This document shows, piece after piece, positions 62,227 through 64,000 of a DNA stretch of 64,000 nucleotides. Position numbers and translations under genes: made by a program. Source of the stretch: Squalus acanthias (taxonomy: Eukaryota); NCBI GenBank assembly GCA_030390025.1, contig CM059431.1:132124001-132188000 (forward strand), written 5' to 3'. Numbering within the stretch: position 1 is the first letter of the stretch; every line of letters starts with the position of its first letter. Under the pieces are notes generated by a model. That model did no database searches. It saw only the letters and a list, made by a program, of their open reading frames with translations, and was not told where the DNA came from.

Positions 62227-62991
62227 GGCTGGAATTTGTAGCCAGCAGCAAAGCGAAGGCGTTCGCTGCTGGCCCTGAAGTACGCTCCGCACAGGGATCT
62301 CGCAATTCCTGTGTCCGGAACTTCGGGTTTTCCGACCTTGAATTCAATTCAACGGAACTTAATGGAGATCCCCTTGTGCGAAGTGCTGTGATGTCAGCAG
62401 GTTGTCTAAGCAGCCAATCAAAAGGCAGAATTGTCACAGACAGCGAACAATGAAGTGGGTAAGCCCTAAAAATTCTAACATTTTAGAAAGCGCAAAAGAA
62501 AGATTGGGGTTCGCACATGGGGAAAAGGCAAACCTAAAATATAGATGCCCGAACTTTAAAAAAAAAATTAAAAATTAAAATTTATTTTTGAAAAGTTTCT
62601 GAATTTTAATTTTTATTAAAATGGACAATTTTCACACTGCACAAAATTAAAATTAGTTTTCCAGGCCCTTAACATTTGTTTAGCAGTCAATACGCTGTTA
62701 AAACCCCAGTTACACCAAATCCCTTTGGGTCTAACTTTTAGTGAGATACTTAACAGCGTAATTACTGCGGAAGAGCCGAAGTTTTCGTCAGTTTCAATGA
62801 TTTCTGAGATTTCACTGATTGCCAGCTCTGTTTCGGGGGGTGGGGGGGAGGGGGGCAGAGCGCGGCCAGTTTCGGAGCTGTCATTGACAGACCGCAACTT
62901 CAGGATTTCCACATGCGCTTGTGCACGCACCAAAATCCGAAGTTGTGGTCAGTTTCAAAGGGGGCGTCATACCGACCGCAAATTCAAGGCC
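62227..62991. mobile_element. Harbinger-like MITE
   Basis: Ends ggctggaatttg / caaattcaaggcc; TSD AAT; CpG-rich arms around an AT-rich centre. Confidence 0.8.
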
Positions 62992-63489
62992 AATGTTTGA
63001 GAATTCATATCAATTTATTAACTTTGGTTTTACTATAGCTCTTATAAGGGCTAAACATAAAGGTAGCATGAGACAGGAGTCGAATCTAAATGTTCTGTGC
63101 ATGTTATAACACTCCGGGTTGCCTGAGAAGAAACTGTTTTAATATCTAGCCATAAAACGAAATCCCAGAAGTCAGAGTTAATTTCAATACTGACACCAGC
63201 CTCTGACTATAGTGCTAGTTGTTAATCATTTAATCTCTTTGAATAATTTGATATTTAATAATGTATTGTGGAATTCTTATTCTGAGTGAGACTGGTAGTA
63301 TAAATCCCTCGCTGTGAAGGCAATTCGATTTTCTTTGGTGTTGACTGTTGAGTTGGCTTTTAAACATCAATCATTTAGGCAGTCACAAAGCCCAATCTGA
63401 AGTTCCGACTGATTCTGATAGCTAGCATGTGAACCTCCCTAGACTGCGAGGAAAAATGGATGCATAGTTCTCTTTATACCACCAGAGAT

Positions 63490-63664
63490 TTTTTTTTTAT
63501 TCGTTTATGGGATGTGGACGTCGCTGGCAAGGCCAGCATTTATTGCTTATCCCTAATTGCCCTTGAGAAGGTGGTGGTGAGCTGCCTTCTTGAACCGCTG
63601 CAGTCCGTGTGGTGAATAATGCTCCAGGATTTTCTCTCAGGGACTATGAAGGAACGGTGATATA
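63490..63664 (-). mobile_element. LINE family B 3' tail fragment
   Basis: Reverse complement of the tail at 3515-3605. Confidence 0.85.
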
Positions 63665-64000
63665 CAGGAAACTTTCGTTTATCCGGCATCGACGGGACCG
63701 GCGTGGTGCCGGTTTATCGAAAGTACCGGATAACGGAGAGTTATATCTACCGAGGCTATTTTTAACATAAAAAAATCAAGAAATGTGCAGTATACAGTAT
63801 TTGGGTACTCACCTACAGAATGTTGTGTTAAATGGATAGTGGAAGATGCTTGATTAAGTACAGTACTGCCAGTTGAGGGTAATCCATAACTCTTTAATTA
63901 CTTAACAGTAAAACAAAACTTATAAACGACTGTCTACAGTACTGTAGTTGACTGTACACTTATTCCGAGTCATCTGGTTCATCAGAAATATCCGTATCCA
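63665..64000. mobile_element. Tc1/mariner Tigger(pogo)-like element left end (probably continues beyond the window)
   Basis: TA followed by CAGGAAACTTTCGTTTATCCGGCA..., with internal repeats of ttatccgg / ccggataa; right TIR not seen. Confidence 0.55.

Overview
Eukaryotic, repeat-dense non-coding DNA. I infer a cartilaginous fish (shark-like) from a V-domain SINE with a CR1 tail (HE1-type), Deu-domain SINEs and abundant HER1-like CR1 LINEs. I found no host protein-coding exon, RNA gene or CRISPR array that I can support, and almost all listed ORFs are decayed transposon fragments or their antisense shadows. The window holds about 13 CR1 LINE pieces (one covering nearly all of ORF2, one carrying the ORF1 SGNH esterase), a second APE-RT LINE family ('family B'), L2 copies, Penelope-like fragments with GIY-YIG and minimal hammerhead-like motifs, and several SINEs. 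It also holds one hAT MITE, one Tigger-like end and at least 14 PIF/Harbinger-like non-autonomous DNA transposons or remnants, nine of them with exact 3-bp TSDs. Three observations stand out. First, a ~1.75-kb Harbinger derivative keeps a Myb/SANT exon facing a transposase-like remnant reduced to its N- and C-terminal ends. Second, the Harbinger-like termini are very degenerate (RGNNNNRATTTT, TSD nWn). Third, there are 3- to 4-level nested insertions whose order can be read from TSDs. Family names come from motif recognition, not database searches, and boundaries without a TSD are approximate.
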